From assembly GCA_019120295.1 (NCBI GenBank), contig DWVI01000002.1:80869-144868 (forward strand): a DNA stretch of 64,000 nucleotides. Reading direction: 5' to 3'. Numbering within the stretch: the stretch's first letter is position 1; every line of letters begins with the position of its first letter. This DNA comes from Candidatus Onthoplasma faecipullorum. GTDB taxonomy: Bacteria > Bacillota > Clostridia > Christensenellales > UBA1242. The translations under genes and the position numbers were made by a program. The notes under the pieces were generated by a model. That model saw only the letters and a list, made by a program, of their open reading frames with translations, did not search any database and was not told where the DNA came from. This document shows, one piece after another, positions 55,235-64,000 of this stretch.

Positions 55235-56578
55235 TTATTCTGTTTCTTCTGAATTGTCGCTATCTTCAATGTATGAACTGTCGCCAATTTGACCCGCTCC
55301 TGCGCCATTATCTTCATCTTCGTCGTATTCAATACCAACCACTTGCGAAACATCGCCAAGTTTTTTAGCAATTTTTTTGCTTGATTTAGTGGCAAGTTCA
55401 ATGGTTGAATTGGCTTCGCCGAGTTTATTTTGAGTTTTTAAAAGGAGTTGAACAAACTTTTCAAACTCTTGCTTAAAGGTGGATAACACTTGCCAAAGTT
55501 CACTGCTTCGTTTTTCAATATATAAGGTTTTAAATCCAAGTTGCAGGCTATTAAGAAGCGCCGTTAAAGTGGTTGGACCACAAACAACAACTTTATATTG
55601 ACTTTGAAGTGTATCCATAAGTTCAACATCTCTAACCACTTCTGCATACAGCCCTTCAACTGGTAAAAACATCACGGCAAAATCGGTGGTTTCAGGCACG
55701 TTTATATACTTTTCATGAATAGATTTTGCTTCTTCTTTTATGCGCTTTACAAGTTGTTTTTGGCATTTATCTATCAATTCTTTATCAAGCGTTTCACTCG
55801 CTTCAACGAGTTTGTTGTAATCTTCAAGCGGAAATTTGCTATCTATTGGAAGCATAACTTCATGGCCGTCTTTACCAGGCATACTAATCACAAAGTCAAC
55901 ACGTTCTTTGCTGTTTTTCTTAACCTGCACTTGTGCTTTATATTGATTTGGTGCAAGCATTTGTTCAAGCAAGGTGGACAACATAACTTCGCCCCAACCA
56001 CCGCGCACTTTAACGTTGCTTAACACCTTTTTAATATCTCCAACGCCGTGTGCAAGCGAGCGCATTTCACCAATACCAAGATTGACGCTTTCCAAACTTT
56101 GCTGAATTTTTGAAAAACTATCATTTAACCTTTGAGATAGTGAATTGCTTAGTTTTTCGTCCACCGTTTCACGCATCTTTTCAATGGCTTTATCGTTTTC
56201 TTGACGCATGTTGTTTAGTGATAAATTCACGTCAAAAGTCAACTTTTCAATACGTTGTTCGTTTCTAGTGGTAAGTTCGTCCACACGCTTTGAAATGGAC
56301 TCAAATTCCTGCTTTTGCAAAACTGTTAAATTGTTGATAGTATTTTGAGTTGCAACTTCGTTATTTTTAAGTGCATTCATTAACATGTTGTTTAATAGTA
56401 TGTTTTGCTCTTTTTGGTTATCTAAAATCGGTTTTATATCTGTTGAACCTGCGCCGGTTGACTTCTTTTTATACATCACAACAAAAGTTATAGTTGTAAT
56501 GAGCCAAATCGCGCCAAACACGCACGAAATAATAATTAAATCCATATTTTTTCCTTTTATAGTTTTAAAAATTCGCAC
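55235..56578 (-). CDS. rmuC: DNA recombination protein RmuC
   Basis: The 447-aa product has an N-terminal TM segment and a long coiled coil. The RmuC nuclease-like core is present (VDFVISMPGKDGHEVMLPIDSKFPLEDY, DFAVMFLPVEGLY). Confidence 0.9.
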   Translation of the reverse strand: MRIFKTIKGKNMDLIIISCVFGAIWLITTITFVVMYKKKSTGAGSTDIKPILDNQKEQNILLNNMLMNALKNNEVATQNTINNLTVLQKQEFESISKRVDELTTRNEQRIEKLTFDVNLSLNNMRQENDKAIEKMRETVDEKLSNSLSQRLNDSFSKIQQSLESVNLGIGEMRSLAHGVGDIKKVLSNVKVRGGWGEVMLSTLLEQMLAPNQYKAQVQVKKNSKERVDFVISMPGKDGHEVMLPIDSKFPLEDYNKLVEASETLDKELIDKCQKQLVKRIKEEAKSIHEKYINVPETTDFAVMFLPVEGLYAEVVRDVELMDTLQSQYKVVVCGPTTLTALLNSLQLGFKTLYIEKRSSELWQVLSTFKQEFEKFVQLLLKTQNKLGEANSTIELATKSSKKIAKKLGDVSQVVGIEYDEDEDNGAGAGQIGDSSYIEDSDNSEETE

Positions 56579-56597
56579 TCGGCGAATTTTTTATATT

Positions 56598-57164
56598 TTA
56601 ATTAATTCCTACCATTATATTAACGGCTTCAACACCTGTAATATTAGCATATTGTATTGCATGAGCGACTACACTAACTGTTATAGGTTGGTTCATATAT
56701 GTATTATCATAATTTTGGTTTAAAGTGTACGTCAATGTAAACGGAGAGTTACTGCTTTCATTTATTTGTGTGGCACTTGTTGTGTACGCTCCATCATTTC
56801 GTTCAAGGACCGCGCCAGTTGCTGTGTAATAAGATTGTTCAACAATGTTACCACCAACCGACACTCTCAACTCTAAAATTGCCCAAATGATATATGTGCC
56901 TGTGTTTTGCACTGCTCCACTAACTGTTATAGTGCTTCCAGGATAAACTCGCTCTGAAATTATGTACGGACTTGAAACATTTTGAATGGTGGTGTTACTT
57001 GTAAAACCAACGCGAATAATAGCAGTATTAACACTATCTTGCTGTTGATTTGTGGTTGCCGTAAAATATGCATATGCACAACCCATTGATAGCAAAAATG
57101 TGGCAACGATAACCCCCACCAACGCTAAAAATGATTTTAAGTTTATAGAGTTATATTTTTTCAA
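56598..57164 (-). CDS. Secreted protein with a SipW-dependent-type signal peptide (TasA/camelysin-like N-terminus)
   Basis: The 188-aa product has the N-terminus SFLALVGVIVATFLLSMGCAYAYFTATTNQ, of the same signal class as the product of 29400..29996. Confidence 0.65.
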   Translation of the reverse strand: MKKYNSINLKSFLALVGVIVATFLLSMGCAYAYFTATTNQQQDSVNTAIIRVGFTSNTTIQNVSSPYIISERVYPGSTITVSGAVQNTGTYIIWAILELRVSVGGNIVEQSYYTATGAVLERNDGAYTTSATQINESSNSPFTLTYTLNQNYDNTYMNQPITVSVVAHAIQYANITGVEAVNIMVGIN

Positions 57165-57344
57165 ACCGCCACCTAATGCGAATAAATTATTTTCTTCGCT
57201 ATATATAGATTAAAGAATTAAAAAAATTTTGTCAAATAAAATAGAATAAAATTGTAATTTTAGTGCTTTAATTAAAATATTTAATGAAAATACTATTAAA
57301 TCTATTTAATAGGCAATTAAAATTTGTAAAAATTAACAATTTAT

Positions 57345-57372
57345 TTGCAATTTTTTAATATTTGGTTATAAT
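57345..57372 (+). promoter_or_regulatory. Promoter placed for a leaderless transcript
   Basis: TTGCAA (57345-57350), a 16-nt spacer and TATAAT (57367-57372). The ATG at 57379 follows after 6 nt and there is no SD. Confidence 0.6.
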
Positions 57373-57378
57373 AATTAT

Positions 57379-58254
57379 ATGTTAAACATTATTGTTGCTC
57401 CGTACGATGTTTGTGATAAAGGCGAAAGTTACACAAAAAAGATAGTATCTTACTTAAAATCTGAAAAGGTTGAATTTTCAGTTTATTTTTCAAAAACTTT
57501 GGACGATGTTGTTACAAGCGTACAGGAAGTGTTGGCTTTGGGTGAAACTGAATTTGTTGTTGTTGGAAATGACATTGTGCTAAATAAATTCCTTAATGCT
57601 GTGAAAGATGTTTCAAAAATAAAACTCGGAATTGTTCCAACAAGCAGGCATGACGATTTTTCTGAGTTTTTGGGTGTATCTTCTAACCCAATTCAAGCAA
57701 TAAAAGACATTCTAACAAAGCACATCGAAAATATCGACTATCTAATTTTAAACGACCAAATAGTTTTAAATAACATTTTAGTTGGTGCAAGTGCAGAAAT
57801 TTTTGAAGTGTATAACCAGTACAAAATGAAAAACGCCTTCACTCAAAAACTTGCCACCATGCAATACGGAGATAAATTTGAAGGTATCAGTTTAAATTTG
57901 GACTATAAATCAAGCAAAGCAAAAAATGAAAATATATTTGAATTGTCAATAGCAAATGGTGGAATTTCAAGGAAAAACCACATAAACCCACTTGCAAATG
58001 TGAAAGACGGCCTGTTTAATTTAAACTATGCAACAGTGCTTCAAAAAAATGAGAGAAAAAAATACTTAAATCTCTTTAAATCTGGCAAACAAATTTATGA
58101 TAACAAAACCAAACAATTTTGGCTAAATCAAATAAAAATAACGAATGAAGAAAATCACATTAAAGCAATTGTGGACGGCACTCTTCAAAACCTAGAAGAG
58201 TTAAACGTTAGAGTTGTTGAAGGTGGTTTAAAGTTATATAAAAAAGAAAATTAA
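57379..58254 (+). CDS. Diacylglycerol/lipid kinase-fold protein (YegS/DagK-like) with degenerate catalytic motifs
   Basis: The 291-aa product shows overall DAGK_cat-like colinearity. The expected GGDGT reads GNDIV (VVVGNDIVLNKFLNAV). The expected P.GTGNDFA reads PTSRHDDFSEF. Confidence 0.65.
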   Translation: MLNIIVAPYDVCDKGESYTKKIVSYLKSEKVEFSVYFSKTLDDVVTSVQEVLALGETEFVVVGNDIVLNKFLNAVKDVSKIKLGIVPTSRHDDFSEFLGVSSNPIQAIKDILTKHIENIDYLILNDQIVLNNILVGASAEIFEVYNQYKMKNAFTQKLATMQYGDKFEGISLNLDYKSSKAKNENIFELSIANGGISRKNHINPLANVKDGLFNLNYATVLQKNERKKYLNLFKSGKQIYDNKTKQFWLNQIKITNEENHIKAIVDGTLQNLEELNVRVVEGGLKLYKKEN

Positions 58255-58501
58255 ATATGAAAATTAGAAATATTTTCATATAAAAAGATAGTGAACACAA
58301 TTTTTACCACTATTTTTTATTGATTATACAAACGCCATGAATTTAGCGTTTTTTTATTTGCTTGTATCTGAAACTAAAAAAAAAATTTATAGTTTATCCA
58401 CAAAATATACACAAAAACAACAAAATATTAAATTTACGAAAAACTATCTACTTAACTTGACAATTTTATCCAATATGCTATAATGGTATAGCGAGGTGAA
58501 T

Positions 58502-58795
58502 ATGGTTGTTGAAGAGATGATGAATTCGGACTTTTGCATGTTTGTTGAAGCGCTGAATGAAGAAATCCCATTAGGCACAAATTATAAGGTTTTTAACACT
58601 ATTGACGATAATTACCATAAAGTTATTTGTTTCTATTCAAACCCGCGCGATTTTCACCCAATAGCAATTTTAAAAATTGGCAATCATGGTTGTGAATTTT
58701 CAGATGAATATCCAAACTTTGATAGTATGCTCGCTAGTAACGTGCTTAAATCGTTTTTATCTAATCATAATGCAGACGCTAGTTTAGGCGTTTAA
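58502..58795 (+). CDS. Hypothetical small protein
   Basis: A TTGACA, 17-nt spacer, TATAAT promoter lies at about 58456-58484. A gaggtg SD precedes the ATG at 58502. A terminator lies at 58799-58826. No family was recognised. Confidence 0.45.
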   Translation: MVVEEMMNSDFCMFVEALNEEIPLGTNYKVFNTIDDNYHKVICFYSNPRDFHPIAILKIGNHGCEFSDEYPNFDSMLASNVLKSFLSNHNADASLGV

Positions 58796-58798
58796 AAA

Positions 58799-58826
58799 AT
58801 AGGAATTTTGCTTCCTATTTTTTTTA
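58799..58826 (+). terminator. Intrinsic terminator
   Basis: The stem ataggaa-ttttgc-ttcctat is followed by a T8 run. Confidence 0.8.
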
Positions 58827-58889
58827 AAACTTAAAACCTTATAATTAAAGCCAATGCGCTCACTAAATAACTTATAATCTCTAATTTAA

Positions 58890-60233
58890 CTAAATTAGGT
58901 CTTTTTCGTAATTGATTTTGTAGAAGTGAATTGTGTCGTCCGTAACTTTGATTTCGTCGGCAATTTCAATGTCTGCAACAATCAATATATTGTTGTCAAC
59001 AGCCAAAACTGGAATGGTATCACGTAAACGTTTTGGAACTTTTTTATCAATGAAATAATCGTTTAATTTCTTTGTGCCATTTAAGCCAAGTGGTGAGAAC
59101 ACATCGCCATCACGTCTAAATCTCCACTCTGCTGTGGTTGGTATTCTATCTGAATCTACAATATGTTGATGTGGTTTAGGTTCAGTTAACACCTTGCTAG
59201 ATGTTGAACGAATTGTTCCGTAACCTTCAATTCTAAGTTTCCCACTTCTAAATGGATAATTTGAAGAAACATCTTTTTTCTTTATTTTACCGATTGCAAT
59301 GTAATCATATTCCTTCATAACTTTTAATTTGTTTGGAAGGCTAATAACATTTCCATTTCTTGCTTCCAAGGCAAATTGCTGTACCATTTTTATGTGTTTA
59401 GACTCAATATCTTGTTTAACAAACTTACTAAACACCTTCATTAACATTCTAACCACTATTGACTCATTTTGATAAAAGTAACTAAGTGGTATTCTAATAA
59501 TATCTTTTCCGGTTAACACTCCGTCCATATTAACTTGTGAAGTGATAAAATCGTCGTCCTTTGCGCAAAGGGATGCAAAATTCACAATGTTTTTATCAAC
59601 TGATTTAAAATGCTTTCTAAATGCAGGCATAATGATGTTGCGAATGTAGTTGCGTGAATATGTAGTGTCCTGATTAGTTTCATCTTCCACGTATTCCAAA
59701 TTATTTTCATCAAGGTAGGCCATAATTTCTTCTCTTGGAGTGTTTAAAAGTGGACGAATATAAATTCCATTTCTAACAGGTTCCATTCCACGTGCACCAT
59801 GAATTCCAGCACCGCGCAAAATGTTTAAAATTACAGTTTCTGCTTGGTCATTTAGGTGATGTGCAAGCGCAATTTTGTCAACTAAACCTTTGTTAACAAG
59901 TGTTTCAAACACACCGTAACGAACTTTTCTTGCAGCCTGTTCAACTGTCAAACCTTCTTCCTTTGCAACCTTTAATGCTTCACCTTTAAATTTGTATGCT
60001 CGAATATTGTTTTTCTTGCAATAGTCCATAACGAATTCAGTGTCTAACGCGCTATTTGGTCTTATACCGTGGTCAATGTTTACAGCAACCACTTCAAAAT
60101 CGTTATCAGCCTTAATTGAGTTTAAATAGTGCAATAGGCACATGCTATCTCTTCCGCCTGAACAAGCAACACCAACAATCTCACCTGGTTTAATCATATT
60201 GTTGCTTTTTATAAACTCTAAAACATTATCCAT
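58890..60233 (-). CDS. tilS: tRNA(Ile)-lysidine synthase
   Basis: The 447-aa product has the PP-loop VACSGGRDSMCLLH, the motif LAHHLNDQAETVILN and a TilS C-terminal domain. An SD (aggag) is present. Confidence 0.9.
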   Translation of the reverse strand: MDNVLEFIKSNNMIKPGEIVGVACSGGRDSMCLLHYLNSIKADNDFEVVAVNIDHGIRPNSALDTEFVMDYCKKNNIRAYKFKGEALKVAKEEGLTVEQAARKVRYGVFETLVNKGLVDKIALAHHLNDQAETVILNILRGAGIHGARGMEPVRNGIYIRPLLNTPREEIMAYLDENNLEYVEDETNQDTTYSRNYIRNIIMPAFRKHFKSVDKNIVNFASLCAKDDDFITSQVNMDGVLTGKDIIRIPLSYFYQNESIVVRMLMKVFSKFVKQDIESKHIKMVQQFALEARNGNVISLPNKLKVMKEYDYIAIGKIKKKDVSSNYPFRSGKLRIEGYGTIRSTSSKVLTEPKPHQHIVDSDRIPTTAEWRFRRDGDVFSPLGLNGTKKLNDYFIDKKVPKRLRDTIPVLAVDNNILIVADIEIADEIKVTDDTIHFYKINYEKDLI

Positions 60234-60436
60234 AATCTTTCTCCTAAGTTAACTTAATTATACAATACAATCTAAATAATTGCAATACCAATTTTTAAAT
60301 TTAACTAAAAAATTTTCATAAAAACAATTTAATATTTGAAAAAATTTTTTAAAATTTGTAAAAATTTGATATATTTTTAAGTTTTTTATTAAAAAATGTT
60401 CAGATTTTTAAGTTTTTTTTAATTTTTTAACAAAAT

Positions 60437-62719
60437 TTACTTTAAATATGTTCTAGCCACAAGCACGGTCATATCATCACGCGCTTGCATTTCGTTTAGC
60501 CTTAGTGCTTCATTTAATATACTTTCAGCAATTGTCTGCGGATTGTTTGATGCAAGTTTACTAACATATTCAATCATATTTTCTTGACTTACAAACGCGT
60601 CTGTTATTCCATCAGTTGCTAAAATAACTATATCTTTTGTGGTGATTGCACAGTTTTTCGTACTTGGCTTAATATTATCTAATGCGCCTATTGGAAGTGC
60701 TCCACCTTCAACTATCTCTACTCCATTTTCGCGTTTAATAAGCCCAAACGGAGCACCAACTTTTATAAAGTCACCAATCTCTCTATCAAGGTCTAATATG
60801 CACACGTCCAAAGTGGAATAATTTTCTTGATTGTTAATCGCAAGCAGTTTATTCACGCTTTCTAAAATTGTTGCATTATCAAAACCAGCTTTGTAAAAAT
60901 TTTCAATTAGTCCAAGCGTCATTGCGCTCATCATATGTGCAGATTTCCCACTTCCCATACCGTCGCACAGTGCAAGCAAAAATCTATTTTTATTTAACCT
61001 AATAATGCTATGGCAATCTCCACACTCAATGTTACCTGCTTTGTTAACACTGCTTAACCCAAACACACAATCATATTTAGGTCTTGCTTTCATTGAAACT
61101 GAAATAAAATTGCCGTCTTCAAGTGGCTCAGCTTTTTCAATTTGCATATTTACTCTTAAGCATTCACCAACAACACGCTCTAAAATAGGATAAATCTCAG
61201 CCCCACCTTTAACAACCACTATGACGGACACATCTTTGTCCTTCTCATTATATAATAACACTTCTTTGCACTCAATGTTTGAAGACAAAAGTTTAGATAT
61301 TATTTTATTTTCTTTTGCGATGTCAAAACTTATGTTTGCGTCTATTTCTTCACCCATATCGAGTAGTAACCTACTAACCGCACCCATTTGGTCGGCAAGT
61401 AAAATTTTAACATTATTTACGTCTGCAAGCATAGACTTATATTGCCTATATTCGTCTACCAGGCGATTGATAAGTGTAATCAAATTGTTAACTTTTGCGC
61501 ATCTATTTGAAAGTGAACTTGGAATATCAAGTAAGGTAATTTTTCCCTTTGTAACAGCAAGTTCAATTAGCATTTCGAGATTGGATTTATTCATTGTGCC
61601 AAGCGAACGCGCACACCTATTTTTATCTAAACAATCTTTGCAACAATTATTCATAACTTCACGCTCTAAAATAGCAACTAATTCTTCTTTGTTTAACTCT
61701 TTTTTAACCATGTTGAGATGTATTTGTTTCATATCTAAAAATACATTGCTAAGTTCACTCATTCGCTTGCGTATATTTTTTCTCGATTGATTTATTAAAT
61801 TTCTAGTTGAAATCTCACTTTTTTTAACATAAACAAAATCTGCAATGTTATTTAATAGTTTTTTAGGAATACACAAAAATATCAAAGCGCTCACAACAAT
61901 CGGAAGAAGCGCATACAAACAGTTCCAACTCATATCCATAAAGAAATATTGAATAAAAACGTCTGTTAAAATTACAACCAAACAAATTTTCCATTTATGT
62001 GGAAGCGCAAACAAACTAGACAGTAACGTTAAAATTGCAAACTCCGCCACCACTATTAAGGACATATCATATAACGCCACTCCAAGCGAAAATGAAATAG
62101 TCACGGCAAGAACAAGTGTTGGGTTATTAACGGCAAGCATTAAAAAAATCAAAGTCATTAACACTAGCCTATAAACAGAAAAATTAACGATGTTGACAGG
62201 TGCTAACCCCAACCCTAAAATCGCTATGAAAAATAAAAAACATATGCTTTCGTCAAGCGTAAGTTTAAAACAATTTTTCTTTAAATCAACACTTTGAAAC
62301 ACCACAATAAAAACATACAAACATATAAGCCCTAAAATTATATAAATTAAAAGGTCTTTTGTGTTTTTGTAGTTATAATATATGTAAGTTACAAGTGATA
62401 ACAAATAAAAACAAAAAACAGTTATTAAATTTATTTTCTTTTTGGCAAACTTGAAAATATAAAACATAATTAACCCAACCGCAACAGATGTGATAGAAAC
62501 ATATAAATTATTTAGGCTCATGTTGATTAACATTGACGCACAAAGCGTGAAGATAGCGAGCAACTTTTCTTCCATTCCAACATAAATTCCAGCGAAGAAA
62601 AAAGCAAACAAAAACGGACTAACCGAACTAACGCGAGCATTTGCAAGTAGTATACAAATTAAAAACAACACTAAATACTTTAAAATAAATTTATAACTAA
62701 TCTTTTTTGTTTTTTGCAT
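60437..62719 (-). CDS. spoIIE: Stage II sporulation protein E (membrane PP2C phosphatase)
   Basis: The 760-aa product has about 10 N-terminal TM segments. A C-terminal PP2C domain is present (GDCHSI...LCDGMGSGKSAH...ILATDGITDAF...RDDMTVLV). The position next to tilS is the same as in bacilli and clostridia. Confidence 0.9.
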   Translation of the reverse strand: MQKTKKISYKFILKYLVLFLICILLANARVSSVSPFLFAFFFAGIYVGMEEKLLAIFTLCASMLINMSLNNLYVSITSVAVGLIMFYIFKFAKKKINLITVFCFYLLSLVTYIYYNYKNTKDLLIYIILGLICLYVFIVVFQSVDLKKNCFKLTLDESICFLFFIAILGLGLAPVNIVNFSVYRLVLMTLIFLMLAVNNPTLVLAVTISFSLGVALYDMSLIVVAEFAILTLLSSLFALPHKWKICLVVILTDVFIQYFFMDMSWNCLYALLPIVVSALIFLCIPKKLLNNIADFVYVKKSEISTRNLINQSRKNIRKRMSELSNVFLDMKQIHLNMVKKELNKEELVAILEREVMNNCCKDCLDKNRCARSLGTMNKSNLEMLIELAVTKGKITLLDIPSSLSNRCAKVNNLITLINRLVDEYRQYKSMLADVNNVKILLADQMGAVSRLLLDMGEEIDANISFDIAKENKIISKLLSSNIECKEVLLYNEKDKDVSVIVVVKGGAEIYPILERVVGECLRVNMQIEKAEPLEDGNFISVSMKARPKYDCVFGLSSVNKAGNIECGDCHSIIRLNKNRFLLALCDGMGSGKSAHMMSAMTLGLIENFYKAGFDNATILESVNKLLAINNQENYSTLDVCILDLDREIGDFIKVGAPFGLIKRENGVEIVEGGALPIGALDNIKPSTKNCAITTKDIVILATDGITDAFVSQENMIEYVSKLASNNPQTIAESILNEALRLNEMQARDDMTVLVARTYLK

Positions 62720-62934
62720 ATTTATACCCTAGAACAATATAACACACAAAAATTTTTGAAAATATTAAAAAAATTCACGAATAATCACGATTTTTAACAA
62801 TTTTCAACGACTTTTTAATAATTTTTTCGAATTTTTAATTTTGTTTTGTCTTTTTATTTTTTATTATTTTAATATTACCTATTGACAACTATTATTTTTT
62901 ATGATAATCTTGACGCAAACAAAAGGAGGAACCT

Positions 62935-63207
62935 ATGACTATGCCAAAAATCACTATTGAACACAGAAAATATTACGGCGGTGTGTGTAAAATCACTGAA
63001 GATGTTTATGAAATCCCTAAATCCATATTTTGCCCTAACACCAATTGCAGAACTGATGATGGTCATTATAATGTTATGGAATATAATTCAGATAAAAAAG
63101 CATACATTTGCCCTTGTTGCGGCAACTATATTGCAGCCCGCGATTATCTTAAAAAAGAACTTAGAGCAAGCGTGGAAAATTTAATAGATGCAAACATTAA
63201 TTTATAA
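62935..63207 (+). CDS. Small zinc-ribbon protein
   Basis: The 90-aa ORF has a strong SD (aaaggagg). It has CPNTNC ... CPCCGNY, two CxxC-type pairs. A terminator lies at about 63217-63245. Confidence 0.55.
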   Translation: MTMPKITIEHRKYYGGVCKITEDVYEIPKSIFCPNTNCRTDDGHYNVMEYNSDKKAYICPCCGNYIAARDYLKKELRASVENLIDANINL

Positions 63208-63483
63208 TATTTTTTAAAGTGTAACTTAGGTTATACTTTTTTATTGCGTTTTTATTCTAACATAGTCTATATTATCGGAAGGATTTGTCTAGAAGCGCTC
63301 AAGCAAAGCGCGAGTGGTTAAAAGCAAATCCGATGTTAATTCAAACGTAATGCCACAATTTATTGTGGTAAATGTGTCAACATTTATAAAATTTTATGTT
63401 AGTAAAATTTTAACATTACATAGTTTATTCATGTTTTTATTTGATAAAACACGATAAATTGCATTTTAATTTTAAAATAGTGT

Positions 63484-63512
63484 TTGACAAATTAATTTGA
63501 TTGTTATATAAT
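63484..63512 (+). promoter_or_regulatory. Consensus sigma-A promoter of the pheS T-box leader
   Basis: TTGACA (63484-63489), a 17-nt spacer and TATAAT (63507-63512). Confidence 0.75.
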
Positions 63513-63518
63513 AAGGTA

Positions 63519-63767
63519 TCGTAATAAAAACTATGACGGTGTGTGCAGTAGTGTGTGCGTTTCATATAGAGAAGTTGCCCTTGGCTGGAAGGTGACTATG
63601 TTCAGCGCCCATATGAATTTCAGCGCCTGAGTTGCGTGGGCGAACTCGCGCCAGACAAAACTGTGAAAATGATAATGAGACAATAACTATTGCAAAAAGT
63701 TATTGTGAACATAGGTGGTACCACGAAGTCTATTCGTCCTATTGAAGAAATTCAATAGGATTTTTTT
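63519..63767 (+). promoter_or_regulatory. T-box riboswitch leader (Phe specifier)
   Basis: An AGAGA element occurs in stem I (about 63568). UUC-A appears twice within a duplicated ttcagcgcc (63601-63609 and 63619-63627). The T-box core is aggtggtaccacg (63712-63724). The terminator is tcctattgaa-gaa-ttcaatagga (63738-63760) with a T7 run. pheS lies downstream. Confidence 0.8.
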
Positions 63768-63805
63768 ATTTTCATAGTTTATTAGTTAAGATTAAAGGAG
63801 AATTT

Positions 63806-64000
63806 ATGCAAGATAGAATTAAGGAAATTTTAAGTTATGCGCGTGAAAAATTAGAAAAAATCAATTCAAGTGCAGAATGTCAATCATTAAGAGTTGAATT
63901 GTTAGGAAAATCTGGAAAAATCACTGAATTGTTCCGCTTTATGAAAGAAGTGCCAAATGAGAAAAAAGGCGAAGTTGGAAAAATGCTAAATGACGCAAAA
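63806..64000 (+). CDS. pheS: Phenylalanine--tRNA ligase alpha subunit; only the N-terminal part is present and the frame runs off the window
   Basis: An SD (aaaggag) is present. MQDRIKEILSYAREKLEKINSSAECQSLRVELLGKSGKITELFRFMKEVPNEKKGEVGKMLN is a typical PheS N-terminus. Confidence 0.9.
   Translation, partial: MQDRIKEILSYAREKLEKINSSAECQSLRVELLGKSGKITELFRFMKEVPNEKKGEVGKMLNDAK

Noticed and set aside
55153-55401. ORF 55153..55401 (minus, 82 aa), along with other nested ORFs such as 24803..25099, 26405..26599, 27074..27542, 49847..50338 and 61221..61790
   Set aside because: Each lies inside, or overlaps the end of, a well-supported conserved gene in another frame or strand. None has independent start signals.

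Overview
This is a low-GC chromosomal segment, about 30-33% G+C by eye, from an endospore-forming Firmicute. The evidence for that is spoIIID, spoIIE, pth-mfd, tilS and a T-box-controlled pheS. About 45 coding regions are supported. No rRNA or tRNA genes and no transposase or integrase were recognised.

Housekeeping content:
- rplJ-rplL, with an L10-type attenuator leader
- rpmG-secE-nusG-rplK-rplA
- sufC plus a sufB/D-like gene
- a ttcA-like PP-loop ATPase
- a COG0523 GTPase
- gltX, rmuC and a vanW-family gene

Four things stand out.
1. One 21.3-kb gene (2974..24264, minus strand) fills a third of the window. It encodes a 7,096-aa protein with a lipoprotein signal, about 50 GLUG-type glycine motifs in six blocks, a C-terminal transmembrane hairpin and a Tyr-rich tail.
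2. The 570-bp gap at 28829..29399 holds a three-repeat mini-CRISPR array on the minus strand. It has 36-bp repeats and two 30-bp spacers, and the repeat resembles type II-A. An ~87-nt tracrRNA-like gene lies back-to-back with it on the plus strand. Its anti-repeat reproduces the Cas9 guide-duplex geometry, yet no cas gene is present in the window.
3. A ~565-nt ORF-free, GC-enriched, end-pairing RNA candidate (43176..43741, minus) has its own consensus promoter. It lies directly upstream of a 4-TM protein gene. This is the layout of OLE RNA with OapA.
4. At least six genes have a sigma-A-type -10 box 6-7 nt upstream of the ATG and no Shine-Dalgarno sequence, which suggests leaderless mRNAs.

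All calls come from reading the sequence and the ORF translations. No database search was run.
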